A stretch of DNA of 64,000 bases from Candidatus Bathyarchaeia archaeon. GTDB lineage: Archaea > Thermoproteota > Bathyarchaeia > Bathyarchaeales > Bathycorpusculaceae. Made by a program: the position numbers and the translations under genes. The stretch covers positions 1 through 64,000 of the forward strand of contig JBEKHN010000001.1 in the NCBI GenBank assembly GCA_050012255.1, written 5' to 3'. Positions 11,001 through 20,238 of the stretch are shown piece by piece. Each line of letters starts with the position of its first letter. The stretch's first letter is position 1. A model generated the notes under the pieces. The model saw nothing but the letters and a program-made list of their open reading frames with translations. It did no database searches and had not been told where the DNA came from.

Positions 11001-11148
11001 TGTCAACACCATGGTCAAAAATGGTGCCAGTCAACGTCGCTTCAGGCATCAGCCGCGCAGCTACGTAGGATCTAGACATCACTGTGAACGTTGAAACCAA
11101 CAAGAGAAACAAAGCCGATAAACTCAAGATTCTCTTACTAATTTTCAT
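8047..11148 (-). CDS. Large secreted surface glycoprotein with PEF-CTERM-like anchor
   Basis: Signal peptide; duplicated N-terminal repeat (D.GVDT.G..L...LE...INVT.AG..QV); C-terminal IAEFQP, TM helix and basic tail; many sequons. Confidence 0.8.
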   Translation of the reverse strand: MKISKRILSLSALFLLLVSTFTVMSRSYVAARLMPEATLTGTIFDHGVDTNGNGLYDHLEVDVEINVTVAGNFQVTIGGLWDQFSNYVSVYNSSQGDLETGIQYLNVSLFGPAIFSSGLNPKWVNYIELYAGQVYVAYMNYVALTRVYNFSEFDSPGALLTGHVSDRGVDTDGDHLFNYLEIGIDINVTEAGEYQVSAQGLTNYFYHYQYMTESFAVGVHTVYLNFSGPEIASNHLNPTDVYFISIYDSLNNFVTSHLDDAPLSMRYSYTLFNAPSKDIQVNFKVYPDATVAVDGAFNYTHMYPENTSTPQINATMGFSTSGNLTTETSSGTMVFPDNPSFNYSATEGHLRSSYENGVESDTVNGSTILPPEVAGIYPFNTTDVNLVAAYTHGLFDVAITATTVIPTSYGTIYSTVFPLNSSDVTVRADFDGTAVTGNVTFHAIAGFPLADVTLDFSGNRSSLSFTGNVNVAYVNFNGYEINETTVDQIITNLEGNLTGQGLFDNSGGFLTSTQFDITKTAWSNPTLGENVTFKAAFSGNFTAAIAHMLFPPGSSMDYLQDFADASLESAASSVRSASLTLNYYHSSGIALMDMHMTSDVQGLCNSLLLLVPPAIPSPWASYKTQIETWLKIANTTASELTDAGLNASYSSTEGKISLNAWLSTNASQLKNDILPFLPDAVPPNMHDLFESFLNTKYCTLTSSTETLDMVNGVATFGSTETLQGDFEAELNRDKRFLLEAMSSFYSMPLSWELDLLNDTDININNFQVEFKLGQDWIQASFSGLILKPQADNIDSIRFELKKWLNLTNNVQAPPLEFDKLSVTVTGESDANRTVLLYQPSNVPNPDSLSGDYRSMAWNNASLSSLQDLMFLLAYQKQVSYAGGTYPIPIFTNSTVTSFGFDPDAKQITFNVTGPAGTGFCNVTIPRNLLNATVLSDWVVMFDGKTLTSAEFNITQNDNYVFVYLNYTHSEHEISIIGTWVAPIAEFQPDILPLVLAISTLIAAIIIVKQRRKLEPLKARCRQALNMLSSKPRS

Positions 11149-11246
11149 TTTCTCTTCTCCATCTCAATTTTTACTTAGCGGTATAATCATCCGTTGTCAA
11201 TGCTTATATAGTTTTCACGCGAGACTAACCGCCTAGGGGATCGTAG

Positions 11247-12431
11247 ACGCGGCTACTTACGTTCTGCTTCAGAAACCTCCTTCGAAGAAAAATCAGAACA
11301 GCACTATGCATCCTAGGAGTTGCGATTGCGGCAACATTCGTGATCGCCGTTGGCGCCACCACCATGCGATATGCAACTGTGATACGGGAGATGAACGTGC
11401 TTTTCAATGGCCAAGTCACAGTGGTGAGCAAAGACGCTATCGTGATTCAAGCCATTCCGATCGGCGGAGGCATGTTGCCCCAAGATTCAACAGTTGAAGA
11501 AATAAGGGCGATTCCAGGGGTAAGTGCCGTCACTCCAGTCCTGTTTGTCACGTCGGTTGGATCTCAGATGCTGATTCAGGCTGTGCCCGTAAACTTCACG
11601 ATGGGAATCCCCGTTGAAGATTGGGAGCTTGCACTTGGACCCATAGCGCTGAAGGGAAACGGACATCTTCCGGCGAACGATTCAAGCAGCGAAATCGTGG
11701 CTGGCGGCTCCCTAGCAGATCAATATGACTGGACTGTGGGCACAGAAATTCAGGTGAACGGCTACAAGCTGCATGTTTCTGGCGTTTTGGACACAAGGAT
11801 GGCCCTGCTGAGTCGCTGTTTGGTCATGCCTCTCAGACTGGCGCAAAGCATTTACAATTATCCGCAAATGGTAAACATAATTGCAGTCAAGCCTGTTCAA
11901 AACGTGCCGCAGCAGAACTTGACTGAGGCCATAAAGAGTGATAAGAAAATAATTAACGTCAATGCTTTGACGGAGACTCAGAGGAACGATATCATTCAGC
12001 CCATTCTGGAGGAGCTGCAGACTTGGACCATCGGCACCGAAGCAGTGGTCTTCATCATCAGCTTGATCCTTGTCATGACCGTCACGGTCATGAGTGTGTC
12101 AGAGAGGCGCCGCGACTTCGCAACCCTAGACGCCATGGGAGCTCCAGCAAGCTATGTGTTTCGAGTGGTAATCATAGAGACTTCCTTGATCGGTGTCCTA
12201 GGCGGCGTCATCGGAATAGCCTTAGGTTCACTGGCAGCCATCGTTTTGGCAAGCCTCTACACGAGCATTCCCGTTGCACTTTTCTTTCCCAGCATCTTTG
12301 AGATTGTGCCGCCGCTTTACATGTTGGAAATGTTTACAGCTATTGTCGGCATATGCTGCGTTGGTGGGGTAATTCCTGCGGCAAACGCCATGAGGATGAG
12401 GATAGCCGAAGTTCTAAGAGCGGAATACTGA
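11247..12431 (+). CDS. ABC transporter permease (MacB/FtsX family)
   Basis: RNLLRRKIRTALCILGVAI N-terminus and SVSERRRDFATLDAMGA motif; the start appears to be ACG at 11247. Confidence 0.9.
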   Translation, partial: TRLLTFCFRNLLRRKIRTALCILGVAIAATFVIAVGATTMRYATVIREMNVLFNGQVTVVSKDAIVIQAIPIGGGMLPQDSTVEEIRAIPGVSAVTPVLFVTSVGSQMLIQAVPVNFTMGIPVEDWELALGPIALKGNGHLPANDSSSEIVAGGSLADQYDWTVGTEIQVNGYKLHVSGVLDTRMALLSRCLVMPLRLAQSIYNYPQMVNIIAVKPVQNVPQQNLTEAIKSDKKIINVNALTETQRNDIIQPILEELQTWTIGTEAVVFIISLILVMTVTVMSVSERRRDFATLDAMGAPASYVFRVVIIETSLIGVLGGVIGIALGSLAAIVLASLYTSIPVALFFPSIFEIVPPLYMLEMFTAIVGICCVGGVIPAANAMRMRIAEVLRAEY

Positions 12432-13114
12432 TGAAGATCCGAACGGTGAACCTGACAAGATCGTTTCGAGTAGGCTCATCCGAAATAACAGCCGTCAAAG
12501 CTACGAACCTGGAAATCAATGAGCCAAAGCTGGTCACCATCATCGGACCGTCGGGCTCAGGCAAATCTACACTGCTTAACCTCATCGGACTGAATGATTA
12601 TCCAACTTCCGGGGAAGTCTTCATCGATGATTCCAACACCTCACAGCTATCCGGTAGTGAGCGCAGAAAGATCCGCGGTGCGCGTATCGGGTTCGTTTTT
12701 CAGACTTTCAATCTTTTTCCCACGCTCAGCGCTTTGGAGAACGTTGAGCTGCCTATGTCACTGGTCAACAAGTCCCAAAAAGAGCAGCGGGAAAGAGCAA
12801 TGAAGCTTCTCGAGACCGTGGGACTGGCACGCAGACACGACCACAGGCCCAAACAGTTGAGCATGGGCGAGATGCAACGCGTGGCGATAGCAAGGGCTCT
12901 CGCGAACAAGCCCGAAATGATCATTGCAGACGAGCCCACAGGGGAACTTGACTCAGCAACAGCTAAAGAAATCATCAGTCTTCTTCAGGACATTAATGAA
13001 CGAGACAAGACGATGGTGGTGGTGGCTACGCATGACGAAAAGATAATCGACGCAGCAGACCTTGTTTACACGATGCAGGATGGCCAGTTGAAGCCGAAGC
13101 GGGGTTCTGAATGA
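12431..13114 (+). CDS. ABC transporter ATP-binding protein (LolD/MacB-like)
   Basis: GPSGSGKS, LSMGEMQRVAIARAL, ADEPTGELD and H-loop motifs. Confidence 0.95.
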   Translation: MKIRTVNLTRSFRVGSSEITAVKATNLEINEPKLVTIIGPSGSGKSTLLNLIGLNDYPTSGEVFIDDSNTSQLSGSERRKIRGARIGFVFQTFNLFPTLSALENVELPMSLVNKSQKEQRERAMKLLETVGLARRHDHRPKQLSMGEMQRVAIARALANKPEMIIADEPTGELDSATAKEIISLLQDINERDKTMVVVATHDEKIIDAADLVYTMQDGQLKPKRGSE

Positions 13115-13223
13115 TTCACGAAAGTTTGTCGTCTACTCAGCACTGCCTGCGGGTGAAATTTATTATTTGAGAATCGGCATTCCATGGGCATCAGTAGCTT
13201 CCCAAGCGAAGAAGGGCTGAGAA

Positions 13224-13976
13224 TTGGCTAACATCAAGGCGGTCGCCTTCGACTTCATCGGCACTTTGACCAGCGTCAAGAACTACAGCTTGGAAGCTTC
13301 GACGCTGAAGCTGCACAAAGCAATAGTTGAAGCTGGCTTCAGCGTAGATGAAGAAGACTTTCTCAGGGCATACAGCCGTGCACACGAAAAATACCGCTTG
13401 ATACGCTATGAAGAACTTGTTGAAGTCACAAACGGCGTCTGGATCTCGGACGCGCTGAACTGTCTGGGGTTCAAGACGAGTCCTGAGGATGTACGTGTGA
13501 AGACGACGGTTAACGTTTTCTTCGAGGACTATTTGAGTTCGCTTGAGCTGAACCCTTGCGCGAGGCGGATGCTACTCAGCCTTTTGAAGCGGTACAAGTT
13601 GGGTTTGATCTCCAACTTCACATATGCACCGGTGATCCACGCTGCCTTGAGAAAACTGGGCGTGAACAGGTTCTTCAGTGCTGTCTTAGTGTCGGAAGAC
13701 GTTGGCTGGCGCAAGCCTAACAGGAAGATCTTTCAGGAAGCGTTGCGGAGACTTGGAGTGAAGGCTGAAGAGACGGTTTACGTTGGGGACAGCCCGGTTG
13801 AAGACATAGGAGGCGGAGCTGCGGCTGGGATGGGAACGATTTTTGTCCCCTCACAGTTCTACACTCTCGAGAATCTGCATGAAAGTCACACGAAACCGGA
13901 CTTGATAGTGAAGGACATTTGTGAATTGTGCAGGGTTTTTCCAGAGTTTGCCGGAGAGATTCGGCCGAAAAAGTGA
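13224..13976 (+). CDS. HAD-superfamily hydrolase
   Basis: FDFIGTL, ISN, KP and YVGDS..DI motifs. Confidence 0.9.
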   Translation: MANIKAVAFDFIGTLTSVKNYSLEASTLKLHKAIVEAGFSVDEEDFLRAYSRAHEKYRLIRYEELVEVTNGVWISDALNCLGFKTSPEDVRVKTTVNVFFEDYLSSLELNPCARRMLLSLLKRYKLGLISNFTYAPVIHAALRKLGVNRFFSAVLVSEDVGWRKPNRKIFQEALRRLGVKAEETVYVGDSPVEDIGGGAAAGMGTIFVPSQFYTLENLHESHTKPDLIVKDICELCRVFPEFAGEIRPKK

Positions 13977-14068
13977 AACCCACGTAGGCTCGTCGGAGCA
14001 GGTTGGGGTTAGCAAGCAATGGAAAGTGTTTTATGCTCATGGCATATAATCATTCAAAAGGGATTTCC

Positions 14069-14233
14069 ATGGCTAAATGTCCCGTATGTGGAAAGGAAGT
14101 TAGCACTCCTAAGAAGTCTTGGAAGATGGCAGGTAGACCTGACAAAGCCGGCAAGAAGACGGAGCTCACGATCGGACTCTTCGAACACTGCGGAAAGTCT
14201 TTCAGGTCAACTCTGGGCAAGAGAAAGATCTAG
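14069..14233 (+). CDS. Cren7-like chromatin protein with putative zinc-binding Cys/His residues
   Basis: 54 aa, very basic; P.K.W.M....K....IGLF...GK.FR..L pattern of Cren7; N-terminal CPVC. Confidence 0.75.
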   Translation: MAKCPVCGKEVSTPKKSWKMAGRPDKAGKKTELTIGLFEHCGKSFRSTLGKRKI

Positions 14234-14254
14234 GCTTGCTAACAACATAATATC

Positions 14255-14280
14255 TCTTTTTTCTCTTTTTTCTCTCTCTT
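14255..14280 (+). terminator. Oligo-T archaeal terminator
   Basis: T-rich tract directly after the Cren7-like gene. Confidence 0.6.
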
Positions 14281-14497
14281 GATGTTACGAAGTTTTGCCG
14301 ATCTCGACGCGCATTGATGTTCCCATGTTTCGCGTTTTCGCCAGTCTAACACGCCCATCCTTCTCCCTCATGGGTTTCTTCCTGAGGCATTGTTGTTACA
14401 GCTTATGGTAGAGGCTGGCGGAGTCTCTGTCTGGGTTGGCCGATGTTTCCAACAGCGCGCTGGCTTGTCCCTAAATTCGCTGATAGCGCGCGTAAGA

Positions 14498-14531
14498 GCA
14501 TATACGTTTTGCATATACGTTTTGCATATAC
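14498..14531. repeat. 13-bp tandem repeat GCATATACGTTTT, about 2.6 copies
   Basis: Read directly in intergenic DNA. Confidence 0.85.
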
Positions 14532-14787
14532 AGCGGACGAGCATCGTTGAAAACGGTGAGGCCGTTCACGTTGGATCCGGAGCTACGTGGCTGTTCAAAC
14601 GCGCACGCATAATAAAGGGACAAGGCAGCGCGCCACGCACTGTGTTCTTGTTTGTGTTCTTAACGTCCTCCATTTCCAACGTAGAATGTTGGGTCCTGGT
14701 CACATGCTGTGTAGCCTGCTGTCTTAACGTGCGGTATCCTTAAAAAGCAGACGCGGTATTCGAAACTATCAGTAAGCTTGGAGAACC

Positions 14788-15120
14788 ATGATCGAAGAAC
14801 CTGGTGCTAAGGAATCAGCTTCGCCGGATAAGTTGTTGATCGACAACCCGTCTGACTTTCAGTTCCATGCTGCCTATCTCACGTACTCGGCCACTTATGA
14901 CAAGGCCACCAGCACTGAAACCAAAAAACAGTTGAACCAGAACATTAGTGCTCTTCAGAAAAATGAGATAGACTGCCCGACCTTCTACAGAAACATAAGT
15001 CAGTACAGGACGGAAGACACTCAGCAATATCATGGTAGAACTCTCATAAAAACACAGAAAAAACGGGAATGGCGCAGGAAAACGCAGAAACACGAAAGAA
15101 TCGAACGACACAAAAGATGA
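14788..15120 (+). CDS. Hypothetical protein with basic C-terminus
   Basis: ORF with a GGAG Shine-Dalgarno and an upstream TATA-like box. Confidence 0.65.
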   Translation: MIEEPGAKESASPDKLLIDNPSDFQFHAAYLTYSATYDKATSTETKKQLNQNISALQKNEIDCPTFYRNISQYRTEDTQQYHGRTLIKTQKKREWRRKTQKHERIERHKR

Positions 15121-15216
15121 CCGCACGCAGTTTCGTTTGAGCTCGAAGCAAGAGTGGTCCCTGCAGAATTGAGCGGTGAAGAAACAGTTCGGCTTTGAAA
15201 CGTTATAACGCTCACG

Positions 15217-15729
15217 CTATCTTGGAACTCTGACGACTATCGTGTCAGAGATGCGGTTGAACAATCTCTGTCTTCTTGATGGATAAAGGAGCCACCCTAT
15301 GATACAGTCCAATGGAAGCAGGAAAGCTTTTCCAACGCTTTCAATGGCTGCTTGCGCCATAATGGGAAGTCTGCCGTCCAGTCGGGTCACTCTTATCCTC
15401 ATGACCATCTTGCCGATCGACTGGCCGTAAATGCCCTCAGACAACATCCAGTAGAGAAAATAAACAACATTGCCCGTGCCGAAGCCGGCGAACGGAACCC
15501 AACGAGGCACGCCTGGCGCAAACACGTACCCAGGCCAAGCAGCCCAGGTGAATAGCGTTATGAGACCCACGATTATTGAGAGAATCACTATGTCAATCAG
15601 CCACGCTAGAAACCTCTCGCCCCAATAGGCCCGTTTGACCTCGGCGACCTGCTCCATTGAGGTTCCACACTTTGGACAGTAAGCTGCTCCCTTTGGGATT
15701 TCATTTCCACATTTCTTGCAGTAAGGCAT
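15217..15729 (-). CDS. RDD family membrane protein with N-terminal zinc ribbon
   Basis: CxxC-CxxC; RFLAWLID, GQSIGK and DTIVV motifs. Confidence 0.9.
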   Translation of the reverse strand: MPYCKKCGNEIPKGAAYCPKCGTSMEQVAEVKRAYWGERFLAWLIDIVILSIIVGLITLFTWAAWPGYVFAPGVPRWVPFAGFGTGNVVYFLYWMLSEGIYGQSIGKMVMRIRVTRLDGRLPIMAQAAIESVGKAFLLPLDCIIGWLLYPSRRQRLFNRISDTIVVRVPR

Positions 15730-15956
15730 GGCTTCAATTCCTCTTGTTGCAGAACCATTATTTGAACAGATATTTATCCTTCTCTTTTCCGCCTAGGCAC
15801 GACGAATCAGGCTCTGGAGCTAATCGAAACATTCTTGGGGATCTAATGTCATGCTCAAGACATAACGCACTCGAGCGCGCGCCGTTTTCGTGAGCCCTAT
15901 CCCGCGTTGGCAAAAGGGTTTTGAAGTCGATTCGAGAATAGGGTCGTTGTTGACGC

Positions 15957-17306
15957 ATGATCGATCTTTGGTTTGACAGGGGCACTCTTCTGCTGCGGGG
16001 GGACGTTGGGACTCCTTACGGAAAGTGGGACCCTAGGGTAGGGTGTTACAGGGTTAAGGCGTCGCATTACCGCGAAGTGCTGTCCTATCTGAGGGAGAGC
16101 ATGCTTCAGTTTCGGGACAGCGTTCCGAACCTTCCTCCGGTCGAGACTCTGGGCGGCGGGGTTGAGCTGCGTCCTTACCAGAGCGAGGCTTTGGTCAGAT
16201 GGCGGCGTGCGGGCAAGCGGGGAATTCTGGTGCTGCCGACCGCTGCTGGAAAGACGTTTATCGCGTTGAAGGCGATGAGTCTGTTGAAGACGCAGACTCT
16301 GGTCGTTGTTCCAACGTTAGATCTGATAGACCAGTGGAAAAGAAGAGTGCAAGAATGCTTCGGCGTAGAGGCGGGAACGGTGGGTGGCGGCGAATCCACG
16401 GTGAGGATGCTGACTGTGTCCACGTACGACTCGGCTTATCTGCAGGCCGATGTATTGGGCAACAGGTTCATGTTCATGGTGTTCGATGAGGTTCACCACT
16501 TGGCTTCGCCGGGTTACATGCAGATCGCTGAGATGTACATTGCGCCTTACCGTATGGGTCTGACGGCGACGTACGAGAGAAGCGACCAGAGGCACTCGCT
16601 TCTTCCAGCCCTTGTGGGCGACCTCGTCTATACCGTGGGCGTCGAAGAGTTGGCGGGAGAGCATCTTTCGCCGTACACGTACGAGAAGGTTTACGTTGAG
16701 CTGACTCCTGAGGAGCAGCGGGTCTACGATGGCGAGATGAGGGTTTTCAACGGTTATCTGAGGGAGAAGGGGATCGTTCTGAGGAGCGCTGAGGACTTTC
16801 AGAGGTTCATTATGTCCACCGGAAGGGACAAGCGGGCGCGAGAGGCTCTTCTGGCGAGAAACCGCGCGGTGAGAGTGGCGTTGAACTCCGAGGCAAAGCT
16901 GGACCTGCTTGCCAAACAGTTTGAAGCACATGGGTGTGAAAGGACGCTGATCTTCACGCTGCACAATGACCTGGTCTACAGGATAAGCCGGAGGTTCCTG
17001 ATACCCGCCGTGACTTATCAAACGCCGAAGCAGGAGCGCCGCGAGATCCTGGAAAACTTCAGAAACGGAAGCTACAGGGTGATAGTGACCTCTCAGGTTC
17101 TCGATGAAGGCGTGGACGTTCCTGAAGCTTCGTTGGGCTTCATCCTGAGCGGGACGGGAAGCACACGAGAGTACGTTCAAAGGCTTGGAAGACTGCTCAG
17201 AAAGGTTGAGGGAAAGCAGGCCAAGCTTGTTGAGATAGTCTCCAAGGAGACCGTGGAAGCGAGGATGAGCCGAAAACGGCATCAAAACCTAGACGGGGAG
17301 GCTTGA
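15957..17306 (+). CDS. xpb: XPB/Rad25-like SF2 DNA helicase
   Basis: LRPYQ, PTAAGKT, DEVH, GLTAT, LDEGVD and QRLGR motifs. Confidence 0.9.
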   Translation: MIDLWFDRGTLLLRGDVGTPYGKWDPRVGCYRVKASHYREVLSYLRESMLQFRDSVPNLPPVETLGGGVELRPYQSEALVRWRRAGKRGILVLPTAAGKTFIALKAMSLLKTQTLVVVPTLDLIDQWKRRVQECFGVEAGTVGGGESTVRMLTVSTYDSAYLQADVLGNRFMFMVFDEVHHLASPGYMQIAEMYIAPYRMGLTATYERSDQRHSLLPALVGDLVYTVGVEELAGEHLSPYTYEKVYVELTPEEQRVYDGEMRVFNGYLREKGIVLRSAEDFQRFIMSTGRDKRAREALLARNRAVRVALNSEAKLDLLAKQFEAHGCERTLIFTLHNDLVYRISRRFLIPAVTYQTPKQERREILENFRNGSYRVIVTSQVLDEGVDVPEASLGFILSGTGSTREYVQRLGRLLRKVEGKQAKLVEIVSKETVEARMSRKRHQNLDGEA

Positions 17307-18862
17307 GCACGCTCCCGAGCGAGCTTCTGGCGGTTTGGAGAAGAAAGGGCACTGTGTGGCCGCGTTACGCCACGCTGTCGGCTGAGAACCTGGAAGTTGC
17401 AAATAGTCTCGTCGAAGTCTACAAGCGTCACGTCGGTGAGAAGAAGCGCGTCGTGAAGGAGTTGGTCGACGGGTTTGAGGATGAAGGCTACGATTATCGT
17501 TTCGTCCGAGGCTTGTCCCTTCTTCTCGACAGGAGAAGCCGCTTCAGATGCGACGACAGGATCAGCCCGGTGGACCTGAGGAGGAGGATCTTTCGCGCAG
17601 CTGGAAGACTCGGGTTGCCCACCACGCAGGAACGGAGAGCACGAATAGTTGAGGCTGTGGCCTCAGACGTGAAGGTAGACGCGGCGATGGTTGAGCAGTT
17701 CTTCCAAGCCGACTTGGACACCGAGCTGACGTTGGAGGAGTTTGAACCGTTGTCTCCGCAAGAGCTGCTTCAAGAGTACAACCTCAGCTTGACGCAGACG
17801 CTTCTTTTCGACTCTACCGAGGTAAGGTTCACGTCGTCGGGCAACTGGCAGCAGATCTTCCGTTCCATCAAGTGGTTAGGGCTGATCTACGAGGCCTATC
17901 AAGCCGAGCGCGTGTGGGTAAAGGTAGACGGTCCCGCAAGCCTCTTCAAGCTGACCAGAAGGTACGGAACGGCCACAGCCAAACTTGTTCCCGTCATAAT
18001 TGCCAGCCCAGAATGGACGGTTGAGGCGAAGATCCTGTGGAAATACACGAACGAGATATGCAACTTCAAGATCGAAAGCTGGAAACACCGCGCTTTGATG
18101 AGGAAAACAGAACCAGCACAGTTGTCCTTCGACAGCACCGTTGAAGAGGATTTCGCCACGCGTTTTCAGGCCCTGATGTCTGGGTGGATTTTGAGGAGGG
18201 AGCCTGAGCCTGTTCTGGCGGGCAGACAGGTTCTCATCCCCGACTTCTCACTTGAGAAAGACGGGACTAAAGTGTACATGGAGATCGTTGGGTTCTGGAC
18301 CGTCGAGTACCTGCTACGGAAGATCGAGAAACTGAAGAAAATCGAGGTGGACATGCTCGTGGCCGTCAACGAGAAACTGGCATGCGAAAAACTGTCTAAC
18401 CTGGGCAAGCAGGGAAGATTGAACGTCATGTACTACCGAGACAAAATCCCGTTATCTCCAGTTCTTCGCTACTTGGAACACGCGTTTCGAGAGGTCAAAG
18501 CGAACCAGACTAACCTCGTCAGAGAACTGCCCATAGTGTTCACGGAGCCCATCGTGAACTTTGAAGAGTTGGCGACGAGAATCGGGGTCTCATCAGAAGC
18601 CGTCAAGACAGCGCTGACTGAAAAACCTCCTCAGGACTACGTTATAATGTCCGACAAGATGGTCAGAAAAGACCGACTTGAACAGATCGGGAGAACAATC
18701 GCTGAGCGAATCAGGCAGAAGGGGCGAATCAGCCTGTCCGAAGCCGCTGAGACGATTGAGACGGAAGGAGTGGAAGATGCAACAGGCGTTTTAGAAGCAC
18801 TCGGATACAAGATAAACTGGCGTGGAATCAGCACCGAAAACGCTGAAGTTGTCAAGCCCTAG
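17303..18862 (+). CDS. bax1: DUF790 family nuclease (Bax1)
   Basis: YNLSLTQTLLF, DGPASLF, FDSTVEE, IPDF and EIVGFWT motifs; overlaps the xpb stop codon. Confidence 0.9.
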   Translation: MSTLPSELLAVWRRKGTVWPRYATLSAENLEVANSLVEVYKRHVGEKKRVVKELVDGFEDEGYDYRFVRGLSLLLDRRSRFRCDDRISPVDLRRRIFRAAGRLGLPTTQERRARIVEAVASDVKVDAAMVEQFFQADLDTELTLEEFEPLSPQELLQEYNLSLTQTLLFDSTEVRFTSSGNWQQIFRSIKWLGLIYEAYQAERVWVKVDGPASLFKLTRRYGTATAKLVPVIIASPEWTVEAKILWKYTNEICNFKIESWKHRALMRKTEPAQLSFDSTVEEDFATRFQALMSGWILRREPEPVLAGRQVLIPDFSLEKDGTKVYMEIVGFWTVEYLLRKIEKLKKIEVDMLVAVNEKLACEKLSNLGKQGRLNVMYYRDKIPLSPVLRYLEHAFREVKANQTNLVRELPIVFTEPIVNFEELATRIGVSSEAVKTALTEKPPQDYVIMSDKMVRKDRLEQIGRTIAERIRQKGRISLSEAAETIETEGVEDATGVLEALGYKINWRGISTENAEVVKP

Positions 18863-19021
18863 CGCACGCACACAAGCCAGAAGCTCCAGACACTGCCCAA
18901 AGACGCGAAGATCACTCCGAGTTCACAGCCCCCTCAACAATTCGCTGAGACGGAAGACTGTAACGATGCCACAGAACTCTAACTCAACAGAGCTTAAGCC
19001 AAGCTGCTTTTCAAGAAAGGT

Positions 19022-19099
19022 TGGTGCGGGCGCCGAGATTTGAACCCGGGTCGTCAGCGTGGCAGGCTGATGTCCTAGACCAAACTAGACTACGCCCGC
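19022..19099 (-). tRNA. tRNA-Gly(GCC), CCA encoded
   Basis: Cloverleaf: acceptor GCGGGCG/CGCCCGC, anticodon arm TCAGC-CTGCCAC-GCTGA, T-loop TTCAAAT. Confidence 0.97.
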
Positions 19100-19248
19100 A
19101 GGTTGCGCATAGCGCAGAGGACACTTCGCAGATGTCCCTATTTTGCTTTTCTAAACACGGCATTTAAGTCTACTCTTTGTGCCAAAATCGTTGTTCAAGC
19201 TTTTTTCGGCGTTGTTTTAATCAGTAGCCGCCTTGGACTCTGCGGCGC

Positions 19249-20079
19249 CTACCCTCTGGGCCCATAGTACTCAAGAACGCTGTTGTACGCTGGCTCCGTG
19301 CCCGCTTCTTTCATCGCTTCTTCAACAGCTGCTTGTACACTTGACCCCTTCAAGTACAGAGCCTTCACCAACGCTAGAGTTGTCTCATCTGAGTAGGACA
19401 ACTCCACGTAACCCGTCCATGCAATGTACGCCTTGACTCCCCTGTCCAAGAGTCTCTGAATCGAGTATGAGTCTCCCGTTCCATTGCATCCCATCAGTAT
19501 GATCGTCGAACCCTTTAGGCCCCACTGGTTTTTTCCGCCGAGAAAAACCGCGTTAATGGCAAAATACGAAACGTTGTCAAACGTGATGCCTTCTCGAACG
19601 CCTCCCGAAAGCTGCTCTAAGGCATATTCAGATTGAGTGTACTTCTCTCCGCTGAAAAGATAGAGGAAACCGCGTATGGCACTGTGGAGCCTAAGGATCA
19701 GAACCTTGTACCCTCCTATGTTTCTGAGAAGGTCGATGGTGACGTTTTCCCCTCTGAAAACGTCAACGCGGTACCCCGCCTTCGACAGATAGTTCGTCAG
19801 ATTCTGCTCGTATGTCAAGTCTTGAGAACTGGCGTACAAGGCGTCCAGTATAGCAGCCTTCGGAACTTCGATACCCGTCTGCTGTGCTGGCTGGGGTGAC
19901 GTGGTGGAGCTGGTCCAGAGAAAGAAACTGATGGACAAGATAAGCAAGATAGAAGCTACGGCAGTTAACCCCACTTTCAGCTGTCTGCGGCTCGGTTTCT
20001 CTGACCTTTGGCCTTCGCTAGTCTGTTGCTCGCCTCCCTTCTTTCTTTTGTGTGAGGCCTCTCTGTTCTTCGTCCTCAA
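19249..20079 (-). CDS. Membrane-anchored hypothetical protein (possible caspase/CHAT-like fold)
   Basis: Basic N-terminus, one TM helix, then ILRLHS and IILMGC strands with His and Cys. Confidence 0.65.
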   Translation of the reverse strand: MRTKNREASHKRKKGGEQQTSEGQRSEKPSRRQLKVGLTAVASILLILSISFFLWTSSTTSPQPAQQTGIEVPKAAILDALYASSQDLTYEQNLTNYLSKAGYRVDVFRGENVTIDLLRNIGGYKVLILRLHSAIRGFLYLFSGEKYTQSEYALEQLSGGVREGITFDNVSYFAINAVFLGGKNQWGLKGSTIILMGCNGTGDSYSIQRLLDRGVKAYIAWTGYVELSYSDETTLALVKALYLKGSSVQAAVEEAMKEAGTEPAYNSVLEYYGPRG

Positions 20080-20238
20080 CCGAACCCCGTTAACACTTAC
20101 TCGCCGCTTGGCATTTTAAGTGTATCGTCTCAAACAATATGCCAGAGGCTAACAACGCTAGGCAAAAAACTGGAAAAAGAAATGCTGCAAACCCATTTCC
20201 GCGAAGCAAAATAAAGGCAGAGCGAAGTGCTGCTTATG

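Noticed and set aside
14390-14743. 117-aa ORF, or a replication origin, in the long intergenic gap
   Set aside because: The ORF runs through a tandem repeat and has no motifs. No ORB consensus or cdc6 gene is visible.
16317-17285. 322-aa antisense ORF inside xpb, and similar shadow ORFs elsewhere
   Set aside because: It is a codon-bias shadow of a well-supported gene and has no recognisable motifs.
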